Assembly (NCBI RefSeq): GCF_006345805.1
Contig: NC_043006.1
Location: 50,096,001-50,160,000, forward strand
From: Octopus sinensis
Lineage: Eukaryota
Direction of reading: 5' to 3'
Length of the DNA stretch: 64,000 nt
Position 1 is the stretch's first letter. Each line of letters opens with the position of its first letter. Made by a program: the position numbers and the translations under genes. Under the pieces are notes generated by a model, which was not told the origin of the DNA, did not search any database, and saw only the letters and a list, made by a program, of their open reading frames with translations. Below are positions 51,323 through 62,699 of this stretch, piece after piece.

Positions 51323-51876
51323 GCCCCGATGCAGTACCAGGCAGTGGCTCTCGTGGCTTCTGATCTTAATTGATTGGGAGTGTCATCATATACATTGTTT
51401 TGTCTTGGTATAAAAGATGGGCTACAGTAAATATTCTGCTCAATACCACAGATTTGCTTGTCAGTTATTTGACCGTAACCAGTTGAACATGTCCCTTAGT
51501 GGCTGACGATATGCGCCTCTCTGACCATGAGCAGAAGTAGTGGGGGAGCATCATAGCTATGTGTTGAAAGGAATTCTTGGAGGTTTGAATAATTCACCTC
51601 TGGAAACATGGGTGGTTCGTTCAACATCCTTAAACAATGCTTATTCAGGGTCCTTTTGAGCGGGATGGGCTACTCGAGCAGAAGAAAATTTTAACTGGGC
51701 TCCACCTGCAAAGTCGTGTGCTGTTTATCTTGATATGAGATCACCATTTCTCGCACATATGGTTGTGATGCATGTGCCTGGTGTACCCTTATCAGACGGG
51801 TAGTCATGACGGGTATACTGGGCTTCGTATATTTTACCCCAGTGTCACTTTGATGGCATACACTTCTCTCTCACTC
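51321..51876. mobile_element. Unclassified 556-bp apparently non-coding repeat embedded in (AAT)n
   Basis: (AAT)n on both sides; second copy at 27280-27820. Confidence 0.8.
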
Positions 51877-52360
51877 AATAATAATAATAATAATAATGAT
51901 CTAAAATGTTGGCACAAGTCCAGCAAGTTCGGGAGATGGATCACATCGACCGCAGTGTTCCACTGGTACATATTTTATCGACCCAGGAAAGTTGAAAAGC
52001 TAAGTTGACCTCGGCGGAGTTCAACTATGCCTTTCATCCACTTGAGATCGATAAAATTAACAACAGCAACGAGAACAACAACAATAATGATTTGAGAATG
52101 AAAATAAAAAACTAAAGAAGGAAAACCAAGACATTTTGGATTGAAATTGGTGTCCTGCATGTAGAGTTAATGTAGTAAAAATTTATGTAAAATATTGATA
52201 AGTTTAGAAAATGGCAGAGTTAGATGAATAAGTTAGATAGTTATATGTAAGTACGTAGATACAAATAGATACCTATAAATATGTAGATACATATACAAAT
52301 ACATATATATATATATATAAATAAATGTATATATATATATATATAAATACATATATATAT

Positions 52361-52413
<53 letters not shown>

Positions 52414-52866
52414 TACATATATATATATATACACATATATATATAAATTGAAATAGAATATTCTTTCTATGTTTTAGAGAACATGAAAAGGTAGTTGAGT
52501 GCAATACGTTCTGATATGCTTTGAGAGTAAACACATGATTCTGCTCTGAGGGCATCATTGATGGATCATTAAGAACTATTTGAATAACAATAACAATAAT
52601 TATGTTAATGCTTTCGTTTGAATTATGCAAATTATCTGAGGCTATAAATGAGTTTTTTGTATATATCTACAGCTTTATTCTAACCGGATTCAAAGTAGGG
52701 CAATTGCTTAGGTATTGACACCTACTGAGGGAAAAATACAGGTAAACAACTTTCTTGTTGTTTTCCCCCAAAATATTATTTATTTTCGTTAATGACATGT
52801 TTATTCTGGAAAACTCTTCAATACCTGAGACTATTCTTCGTTGACACGCACACACACACACGTATT

Positions 52867-52899
<33 letters not shown>

Positions 52900-52954
52900 T
52901 CGTGTGTATATAATATGTGTGTGTATATAATATATATATATATATATATAATAC

Positions 52955-53052
<98 letters not shown>

Positions 53053-53129
53053 ATTATTATTATTACGGAGATGTACTTGCATAGCAGGTGCTTTGATCTA
53101 AGATCGTGTGCTGAAACGAAAACAATTGC

Positions 53130-53371
53130 AAGCCATTTAGGAAACACACAAAAGCCGTTCGATTCACTTCAACATTTAAGTTTAATTTATCAAAATATTT
53201 TCGTCGCTTTAAGACCGCGACCTGTTCACTGATAAAAAAATATTTCTCAGATGCAGCACGGATTTTTGTCAGTGAACAGGTCGCGGACTTAAAGCGACGA
53301 AAATATTTTGACAAATTAAACTTAAATGTTGAAGTGAATCGAACGGCTTTTGTGTGTTTCTTAAATGGCTT
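53130..53371. repeat. Inverted repeat: two 109-bp arms (4 mismatches) with a 24-bp spacer, Penelope-like terminal repeats
   Basis: 53130-53238 is the reverse complement of 53263-53371. Confidence 0.92.
53265..53315 (+). ncRNA. Minimal hammerhead ribozyme motif with a G3:C8 core (mirror copy on the - strand in the left arm)
   Basis: tttgtca-GTGAACA-g-gtcgc(9 nt)gcgac-GAAA-atat-TT-tgacaaa. Confidence 0.65.
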
Positions 53372-53396
53372 ACAAACACCTTGCGCGCTGCAATTG

Positions 53397-53464
<68 letters not shown>

Positions 53465-53617
53465 CTGTTCAATCCATGAGACTATCCTTCGTTCACACGT
53501 ACACCCACACGTATATGCACACACACACACATATATATATATACATACAAGAAAACCGAACGAAAACAACCATATATATGTCTACACATATACATATATA
53601 CATAAATATATATATAT

Positions 53618-53661
<44 letters not shown>

Positions 53662-53676
53662 GTGTGTGTGTGTGTG

Positions 53677-53962
53677 TGGTTAGGGCAGCGGACTCGCGGT
53701 CGCAGGATCGCAGTTTCGATTTCCAGAACGGGCGTTGTGAGTGTTTATTGAGCGAAAACACCTAAAAGCTCCACGACGTTCCGGCAGGAGGTGGTGATCC
53801 ATGCTGTACTCTTTCACCACTCTTTCTCCCACTCATTCTTCAGTTGGCCTGCTCGCTTAGCCAGCGGGGTGGCGTCATTCGAAGGCTAAAACAATGCGTA
53901 CGCATTGTGACCAGCGATGTGTAACTACATCTGATGGACTGGTCGGTCACGTGATCACGTGA
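53677..53962 (+). mobile_element. SINE with a family-B head and a different 3' tail (...cggtcacgtgatcacgtgat)
   Basis: The head matches family B; the sequence diverges after ccggcagg. Confidence 0.7.
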
Positions 53963-54108
53963 TATATATATATATATATATAAACTTACTTGGAGGAAAG
54001 AAACGAAACGACGCGAGGGCGCTCAGTCATATAATAACAATTTAATAAATAAAATATATGCATACATACATACATATATGTACGTACCTACATCTATATG
54101 TATATATA

Positions 54109-54147
<39 letters not shown>

Positions 54148-54664
54148 TATAACATATATATATATATATGAGTACAGGCCACCACAAATAAACGTAGAAC
54201 ACAACGAGAAACGAAAACATAAAAACAAACTAGGAAACGGACTTTTTTTAACAACGAAAAAACAGAGTAAAAGACAAACAATACAAGGAATATTCCTCTT
54301 CATCAGCTGTCCCTGGTTCGACTCAATGCGTGTTTCGAAGGTAAGGACAGAACACGATCCGGTCGAAGCAGTTCTTTCTGCAAAATGAATTAAATAAAAT
54401 ACTTTTGCAGAGGGGTAAAACAAGGAAAGAAAAAAAGTGACAAGAACAGGATGTAAAAGCAATACAAATAAAAATACAGTACACATAAAGAATAAAAACA
54501 GGACAATGAAACCAACATTTAGGGCTTTCTTTAGGCCTAGACGATGGAAAAATTTGGAGTGCAATTTAGAATCGACTTTCTAGAGACAGAAAAAGTCGGT
54601 GTTGACTTGTAGAAAGCTACGAGCAAAAGAAAGCTAGTAGTCCATTCAGAAGTGAGAGAGATGA

Positions 54665-54705
<41 letters not shown>

Positions 54706-54935
54706 GAGGAAAGGAAACCAGAAAGGGTGAAAAATGAGAAGGAGAGAGACAGGAAGAGAGGAAAACAACAGGAAGGAAGGAAGGTCAAGTAAAGGGTTAG
54801 AGAGTTCGCGTCATAATTAATATATAAAAAACTTACTTGGAGGAAAGAAACGAAACGACGCGAGGGCGCTCAGTCATATAATAACAATTTAATAAATAAA
54901 ATATATGCATACATACATACATATATGTACGTATC

Positions 54936-54973
<38 letters not shown>

Positions 54974-54977
54974 ATAT

Positions 54978-55365
54978 GGAAACGTACAGGACAAGCTATT
55001 ACTTGTAGTAAAGTAAAGAATAAGAAACTTTTTACTTAAAATATTGCAGTAAAGAATGTCAGTTCTTCTAATTTATCACTCTTTACAGTTATCATCTTTT
55101 AAATTTATTGTACAAAACTGTTCAGGTAATGAGTAAGTTTGTCTAATTAGTCATTTTTTTATGTATTTAAGGTAGTAAATTAGCCAGATTCTACTTAAAT
55201 AAGTATAGTGTTATTTGTAAACTATAATAAAATAATTTTTAATATTCAAATTTTAATTTTAGCTGCAATATTTTAACTAAAAAGTTTCTTATTCTTTACT
55301 TTACTAGAAGTAATATCTTGTATACTTTTACAGGTGTGATAACTTGTCCTGTACTTTTCCAGGTT
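54978..55365. mobile_element. Foldback/MITE-like element with 51-bp internal inverted repeats
   Basis: 54999-55049 versus 55263-55313 differ at 2 positions. Related sequence lies inverted at about 32915-33080. Confidence 0.55.
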
Positions 55366-55560
55366 TATGATCTTAAGAATATGACTTTTCATGCACGCAT
55401 TTTTCCATGTGATCTATGAATTTTCCAGGCATTGCTGTTATCAGATAATTAATAATGTGTCAATTAATAATTTAAGATTTTACCTTAGAAAATACTGAGA
55501 TAATATTTTAATTTGCAAGCCGGCTAAACGGTGATGAGGGTAGCAGACATTTTTTTAATG

Positions 55561-55652
<92 letters not shown>

Positions 55653-55809
55653 TGCGTAAGATATTGAGGACAGATTTATGATTATAAAATCAGATATATA
55701 ATAACAGGTAATAATGCTTATTCTAGTAAACCGTTCAATCCATGAGACTATCCTTCGTTCACACGTACACCCACACGTATATGCACACACACACACACAC
55801 ACACACACG

Positions 55810-55855
<46 letters not shown>

Positions 55856-56003
55856 CAAGAAAACCGAACGAAAACAAATATATGTCTACACATATACATA
55901 CATAAATGCATACATGCATACATACATACATACATACATACTACATACATACATACATACATACATACATACATACATACATACATACATACATACATAC
56001 ATA

Positions 56004-57493
56004 CGAGAGTAAGTCAAAAACTATCCACACTTTCACCATAACATATCTTTATTATTATCACACTGCCTTCTACGCGTGTGTTTACTACTGGTATTGTTGT
56101 AGTCTTATTTTCGAAGTTTGAGCCAGATCGCGCCATTTTTCTTTATGTCTTTACAGTGTAAGCATGACCGCTCCACTAGCAATATGCACGAAAGAAGAAC
56201 AAAGAGAAGTAATCCGATTTCTCTGGTACGAAGGTGTATCAGGTGCTGAAATTTATCGGAGGCTTTCAGTTCCATTGGTTAATGGTTTCAATAGTCTAGG
56301 TGGCCGTGTGTGGGCGTGCATTGTCACGCAACAACAAAACTTTCTTCGACAATAGGCTTCGCCATTTGGTGCGAATTGCTGTTTTCAGTTTGTTGGCCAG
56401 CAAAGCACTGTATCTTGCACTGTTGATCGTGAACCACTTTTCCAGTATAGGCCTTTTTGAGTCCCCCAAAAAGGTTAGCATCACTTTTTCCCGCGGAAGA
56501 CTGAGTCTTGAATTTCTTCGTCGCTGACGAGCTAGGATGTTTCCACTCCATGCTCTGCTTTTTGGATTCTGCCTCACAATAATGGACCCACATTGATTCT
56601 CCTATGATTATTCTGTTCAAAAATTCCTCTCCCTCATTGTTGTAGCGATCGAGTAGATGTTGGCGAACCTCAAGACGTTCGCGCTTGTGCTCTGCAGTAA
56701 GCTCTCTTGGCACCCATCTTGCACGGTCTTTATGGAAGCCGAGTTCATTGTGGATGATTTGATAGGCAGAACCTAAGGCGACGAGCTGGCAGAAACGTTA
56801 GCACGCCGGGTGACGCGCTTAGTAGTATTTCGTCTGCCGTTACTTTCTGAGTTCAAATTCCGCCGAGGTCGACTTTGCCTTTCATCCTTTCGGGGTCGGT
56901 AAATTAAGTACCAGTTACGCACTGGGGTCAACGTAATCGACTTAATCCCTTTGTCTGTCCTTGTTTGTCCCATCTATGTTTAGCCCCTTGTGGGCAATAA
57001 AGAAATAAGAACCATGACTAATCTGAAGAGAACGAGTTACCTCATCGATGATAATTCGCCGGTTCACCAATGCCATCTCTCGAGTTTGCTGAATCTTCTC
57101 GTCAGTGGTGGAAATTGATGGGTGTCCTTCTCCTGCTTCGTGCGTCACGTTTGTCCGGCCACTTTTAAACTCCTCGATCCACTCATATACACTTCTACGC
57201 GGTAGTGCACTGTCCCTATATTGTGCTAAAAGCCTCCGATGAATTTCAGTACCCGACACACCTTCCGACCAGAGAATTCGTAGCACTGCACTTTGTTCTT
57301 CTTTGATGCACATTGCTAGTGGAGTGGTGATGCTTACACTGTAAAGTCATAAAGAAAAACAGTGCGACCAGGCTCAAACTTCGATCACGTGACCACAATA
57401 GTACCAACTATATTTACGCATGCGCAGAAGGCTATGTGACAATAATATAGATATGTTATGACGAAAGTGCGGATAGTTTTTGACTTCTCCTCA
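56004..57493 (-). mobile_element. Rearranged mariner: degenerate transposase lacking its 3' end, capped by an inverted 5' end
   Basis: TIRs ...AAGTCAAAAACTATCC(A/G)CACTTTC...ATAACATATCT with TA flanks. The minus strand encodes CIKEEQSAVLRILWSEG...WVPRELT...LRDNARPHTA; the + strand at 56164 encodes a second N-terminus, MTAPLAICTKEEQREVIRFLW. Confidence 0.85.
56774..57007 (+). mobile_element. Deu/Nin-domain SINE inserted into the mariner ORF
   Basis: TSD AGAACC at 56768-56773 and 57008-57013. Removing the SINE restores QISHGSAYQIIHNELGF. Confidence 0.9.
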
Positions 57494-57509
57494 TATATAT
57501 TCATTTATT

Positions 57510-57916
57510 CATTTACTTGTTTCAGTCATTTGACTGCGGCCATGTTGGAGCACCGCCTTTTGTCGAACAAATCGAACCCAGGACTTATTCTTTGTAAGCC
57601 GAGTACTTATCCAATCGTTCTCTTTTGCCGAACCGCTAAGTTACAGGGAGGAAAGTACACCGACATCGGTTGTCAAGCGATGGTGGTGGTGGGGATAAGC
57701 ACAGAAATACACACGCGCGCGCACACACACGCACACACACACACACATATATATATACGACGTGCTTCTTTCAGTTTCTGTCGACCAAATCCACTCACAA
57801 AGCTTTGGTCGGCCCGAGGCTATAGTAGAAGACACTTGCCCAAGGTGCCACGCAGTGGGAATGAACCCGGAACCATGTGGTTGGTAAGCAAGCTACTAAC
57901 CACACAGCCACTCCTT
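57510..57916 (-). mobile_element. SINE family A
   Basis: Complete reverse-complement copy. Confidence 0.88.
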
Positions 57917-59759
57917 TGCCAGAATATTTCTGGTTTCTTTATAACTTTATATTTTGTTGTTAATTTTTTGTGCTACTTACCTCACAGTCAAACACACACA
58001 CGCACACACACACATACACACACATACACACACACGTATCAGAGTGTGTGTGTTAGCAAATAATAGATTATTTTATAGTTTCACTGCGTATAAAACAATT
58101 TCAAAATGCAAGGAATAAAAGCGAACAGTTTGCCGATGTATAGTATAGAAATTTGAGAACTGTGGGAAGGTATGGTGCTGGTGGTGGTGAAGAGGGAGTA
58201 ATAAAGGCTGCAAATAAATTTGTTTATTATCTAAAAGAGTGAAAGACAGATGGGTCAAATGAAATGGAAAATTTTGATGGAGAAGGCAGGGAAGTAATTA
58301 CAGGACTTAAAAATTAATTATAACGATTTATAACGAAAAAATCAAAAGAAATAAATTAATCATACTTGAATGATAGAGAAGAATTATTACATGTTATTTA
58401 TGCCTTTATTCTAAGGGAATTAAGTACGTTTATTTATGTAGCGTATTGGTTGTTCATAATAATTATTTGACCAGAAAATAAATATTTAAGGTTACATAAA
58501 TTCAATAGTTTTTGATCAGTGGAGTTAGAAGTTTAATTATAATTTTTTGAGCGGTTTTATTATAAAATATTATAATATAAATTTCCTGTTTGCATTCAAT
58601 CGAATGTAAACCAATTTTTTAAAAAAGGACAATAATAACATAAAACGAATAATTCACAAAAATATATGCCATGGACATTGTTTTATAGCTTTGTGTTTTT
58701 AGGCATCAGGATTATAAATGTGTTTGATAAAGTTGACATAAAGTTGTTTGTCAGTGGAGTGTAAAAATGTAATAATATGAAGTTATTAAGGTGTATCTAT
58801 CAAAAATGATGATCTTGTGTATCTATTGCAGAAGACCCATGCAAACTGTTTTCAAAATGAAAGCGGGAAGAAAACAAGGTAAGACACCTTTCGTTACACT
58901 AAACATTTTGTACTGGCATCTTTCATTTTTTTAATCTTTTGCTTGTTTCAGTCATTGGATTGCAGCCATGCTGGAGCACCGCATTGAAGGGTTTCGTCGA
59001 TTAAATTGACCCCATTATTTATTATTTTTAGATCTAGTACTTATTCTATCCGTCTTTTTTTTTTTGCTGAACCACTAAGGTACGGGTATGTAAACAAAGC
59101 AGCACCGGCTGTTAAGCGATGGAGAAAGGATCAGGAGGGAGAGGACAAACGCATACATTAAGACACACACACACACACACACATATACAGCAACACACAC
59201 ACTCATACACATTACTCACACAAATATAGATTCGACGGGCTTTCTCAGTTTCCATTTACCAAATTCCTTCACAAGGCTTTAGGCGGCCAGGGGCTATAGT
59301 AGAAATAGAAGACATTTGCTCAAGATGTTGCGTAGTAGAATTGAAACAGAAACCACGTGGCTGCAAAGCGGTAGGTAATCTGTAAATATTTGTACGTGTA
59401 AAATAACATTTACGATACAAATACAGTTAATACAGTTATTGTGCAAATTCTAGCTCAAAATTATAAAGAAAGTGAAAAAAATATTCTTTTAACGCTTTCA
59501 TAATTCAGTTCCTATTTGTGTCATTATTTTGTACGGAAAAAGTTGTCTTCCCTTACTTCCACTTCCAATGTAAAAACAATTTGCTCGAGTGTTGTGCGAT
59601 ATACGGGATGATATAGTTGCCAAAGAAAACACACATTATGCACTTCATTTAGGGAAAAAATTACATTTGACTGATTACCACAACCTCAAGATCAGCAACT
59701 CGCTTTTTTCTATATCTTCTCTATTAATCCCAAAATTAGAACTGACAATTTACTACTCC

Positions 59760-59935
59760 ACTTGATGCACCCACCTCGCCACATATTGGAATTCTACTGT
59801 TGGTTTCCTTCCAGAACCCATTACAAAAATTTTTTTCAAGTCTTTTTCCCTAGGTGTTTAACTATTTGGAACTCCATCCTAGTCAACATTTTCAGTCATG
59901 GCGTCCTCGACTTGTTAAAAATATCAATCATACAT
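59760..59935 (+). mobile_element. 3' end of a CR1/L2/Jockey-group LINE
   Basis: SRTHYKNFFQVFFPRCLTIWNSIL resembles the RT C-terminal SFFPRTIxxWNxLP motif. Confidence 0.5.
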
Positions 59936-59943
59936 CCCTCCTG

Positions 59944-60278
59944 TGAAGGCGCATGGCTTAGTGGTTAGAGCGTTGAGCTTACGATCGTGAGGTTGTGAGT
60001 TCGATTCCCAGACCGGGCTGTGTGTTGTGTTCTTGAGCAAGACACTTTATTTCACGTTGATCCAGTTAACTCAGCTGTAGAAATGAGTTGCGACATCACT
60101 GGTGCCAAGCTGTATCGGCCTTTGCCTTTTCCTTGGATAACATCAGTGGTGTGGAGAGGGGAGGCTGGTATGCATGGGAAAATGTTGGCCTTCCATAAAC
60201 AACCTTGCCCAGACTTGTGCCTTGGAGGATAACTTTCTAGGTGCAATCCCATGGTCACTCATGATCGAAGGGGGTCTC
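59944..60278 (+). mobile_element. tRNA-derived Meta/V-SINE-like element
   Basis: Same family as 6330-6653. Confidence 0.8.
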
Positions 60279-61252
60279 AAACATCCCGCATATTACATGT
60301 CACTGACTTAGAAAAAGCACAATGAATAAAGTAGTAGTAAATTTTCTGAACGTAGGAAAAAGATAGAATAGTCACGTCTAAAATGCCATGATTGATTAGG
60401 GCTAAACAACAGCTAAACACCTTCTCTTAAGTAAAGAGGGATACATTGTATATAAATGTCCTGACATACAAAAATGGTTTAACGATTGGAACGCATTTGA
60501 AAAAGGCTTGACGTCTAGAATGCATTTCCGCTTAATAAGGCAAGGACAGAATTGGGGTAAAAGCACAAAAACAGTGACAGGAAGAATGTCATTAAGATCT
60601 GAATGAACCGAATTGCTGATATTCTGTTTGAATAGACTTAACTCACCGGTGTGAAATAGTCTACAAGAGCTATTGGCAATGAGCCTCTTCTTCAAAGTAA
60701 ACAATGAAAATAGCGAAAGGCAAAAAAAAAAAAAGCTGGCATGATATTCGTAGGTGAGGTTGCTTAAAAACTGTTATTGTTATTGATATTGATATTGGTA
60801 AGTCGAGCGACAGTATACAATCTCCTATAGTTCGTTCGTACGCTTCGTCATGTGCAATCTATGTTGATGTATGTGAATGTATGTGGATGTATGAGTTTGT
60901 ATGTGTCCATTGGTTGTTGTATAGACGAAGGCCCTTCCAAGGGATTGCAACAGTAATTCTTTGATCGAACCTTGTTACATACTGCATCACTCGGGTTCTT
61001 CTTGAGAATTACATTAAGGAAACACATGTCTACGAAAGTCAGTCACGCGCTTTATTCAATTAGAAGGTAGTTTATCTGATCGAGCTGTTGAATACTCATC
61101 TACTTGCCAAGCACAAAATTCTGAGTTCAATTCCACTGCATTGCACTTTGGGCAAATGTCTTCTACTATAGCCTCAGACCGACCAAAGCCATGTGAGTGG
61201 ATTTGGTAGCCCATGATGTGTGTGTGTGTATGTGTGCGTGTATATATATATA

Positions 61253-61325
<73 letters not shown>

Positions 61326-62107
61326 TGTATGAATGTATGTATGTATGTATGTATGTATGTATGTATGTATGTATGTATGTATGATGTATGTATGTGCATC
61401 TGTGCGCGCTCTGGTGTGTGTGTGCTTGTCACTCTAATCGCTTGACAACCTGTGTTGGTCTGTTTATGTCCCTGTAAATTAGCGGTTCACTCAAAAGAGA
61501 ACCGACAAAGTAAATACCAGATTTGAAAATATTAGGTACTAGGGTTGCTTTGTTCGAATAAACCCTTCAAGGCGGCGGCTCTCCAGCACGGATGCAGTCT
61601 AATGACTGAAACAAGTGAAAGTTAAAAGATATATTTGTCTAGTAGCATTTTTGTTGTTGTTGTTGTTGTTGTTCCACATTTTATTACTTTTGTTATTGAT
61701 TAGCAACACATGAGATTTTATAGAGACAATATAGAAAAGGACTATATTATCCAAAGTATCGCTCTCGCCGTTTCAGGCTGTAAAAGTTTGGTCTTAGAAG
61801 GAATTCTATTGCTATTTCTAGGCGGTCTACCGATCGTATATCTCGTCTTACGTTGGTTTTTGGCATACAATAGCGTATGAAGAGGAACATACCATACTAT
61901 AGCTTCTTTCCAACTACATGGATAAAATTAAAACGTAACATTATTCGTTGCACTATATACACATACATATATACATACATACATACATTTATGTATGTAT
62001 GTATAGTTAATCCAAACATGAATAAAGAGAAAACACAACAACACGAAGACGTGGAACAAGTATAGTGTTATTGGATGCTCAGGAAAAGAAAGAAAGAAAG
62101 AAGGAGG

Positions 62108-62142
62108 ATTTAACGTTTCGAGTGGAGCTCTTCGTCAGAAAT
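62108..62142 (-). ncRNA. Minimal type-I hammerhead ribozyme motif (canonical CUGACGA core) in a Penelope-like fragment
   Basis: Minus strand: attt-CTGACGA-a-gag(ctcca)ctc-GAAA-cg-TT-aaat. Confidence 0.65.
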
Positions 62143-62522
62143 ATAGAAAAAAAGAAAAGTCCAAGGAAGGGAAGACAGAGAAAGAAAATCGTCAACGATA
62201 CACACGCGGTGACATATTGAAATGCATGTATGTATGTATGTATGTATGTATGTATGTATGTATGTATGTATGTATGCTTACATGTATGAATATATAGTTC
62301 ATAGATGAGATTAAGATATTCTCCGTATAGAATACACTCTGTAGTGTCCAAGAGATTTAAACTTGAGTGAGTATAGTAGTTAATGTCGGGATAAGCAAAT
62401 TAGACAGATCGAAATATAAAGTATATTAAATACATAAAATGTAAAAAAATGTATATATGTATATATATTATTTGCCTATCTCTACATTTACTTCTATATA
62501 TGAATATATATATGTGTGCGTT

Positions 62523-62555
<33 letters not shown>

Positions 62556-62699
62556 TGTGTGTGTGTGTGTGTGTGTGTGTGTGATGTAAATTACTGCTCC
62601 AAAGGGCTCAGAGAACAAATGTTAATTTGAATATAATAAATTGAAAAACACATCATGCTATGTTCTTCTATTTTACTGGATTCCGTCACTCAATGGAGT

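Noticed and set aside
54285-54315. Minus-strand CTGATGAAG as a further hammerhead
   Set aside because: No GAAA with a closing stem II and III follows at the required spacing.
59944-60020. tRNA genes at SINE heads (also near 6600, 20300 and 53680)
   Set aside because: The A/B-box-like heads run straight into SINE bodies and lack a complete acceptor stem.
60402-60704. 100-aa ORF and the coding-looking opposite frame
   Set aside because: The + frame has in-frame stops, and neither strand shows a recognisable motif.
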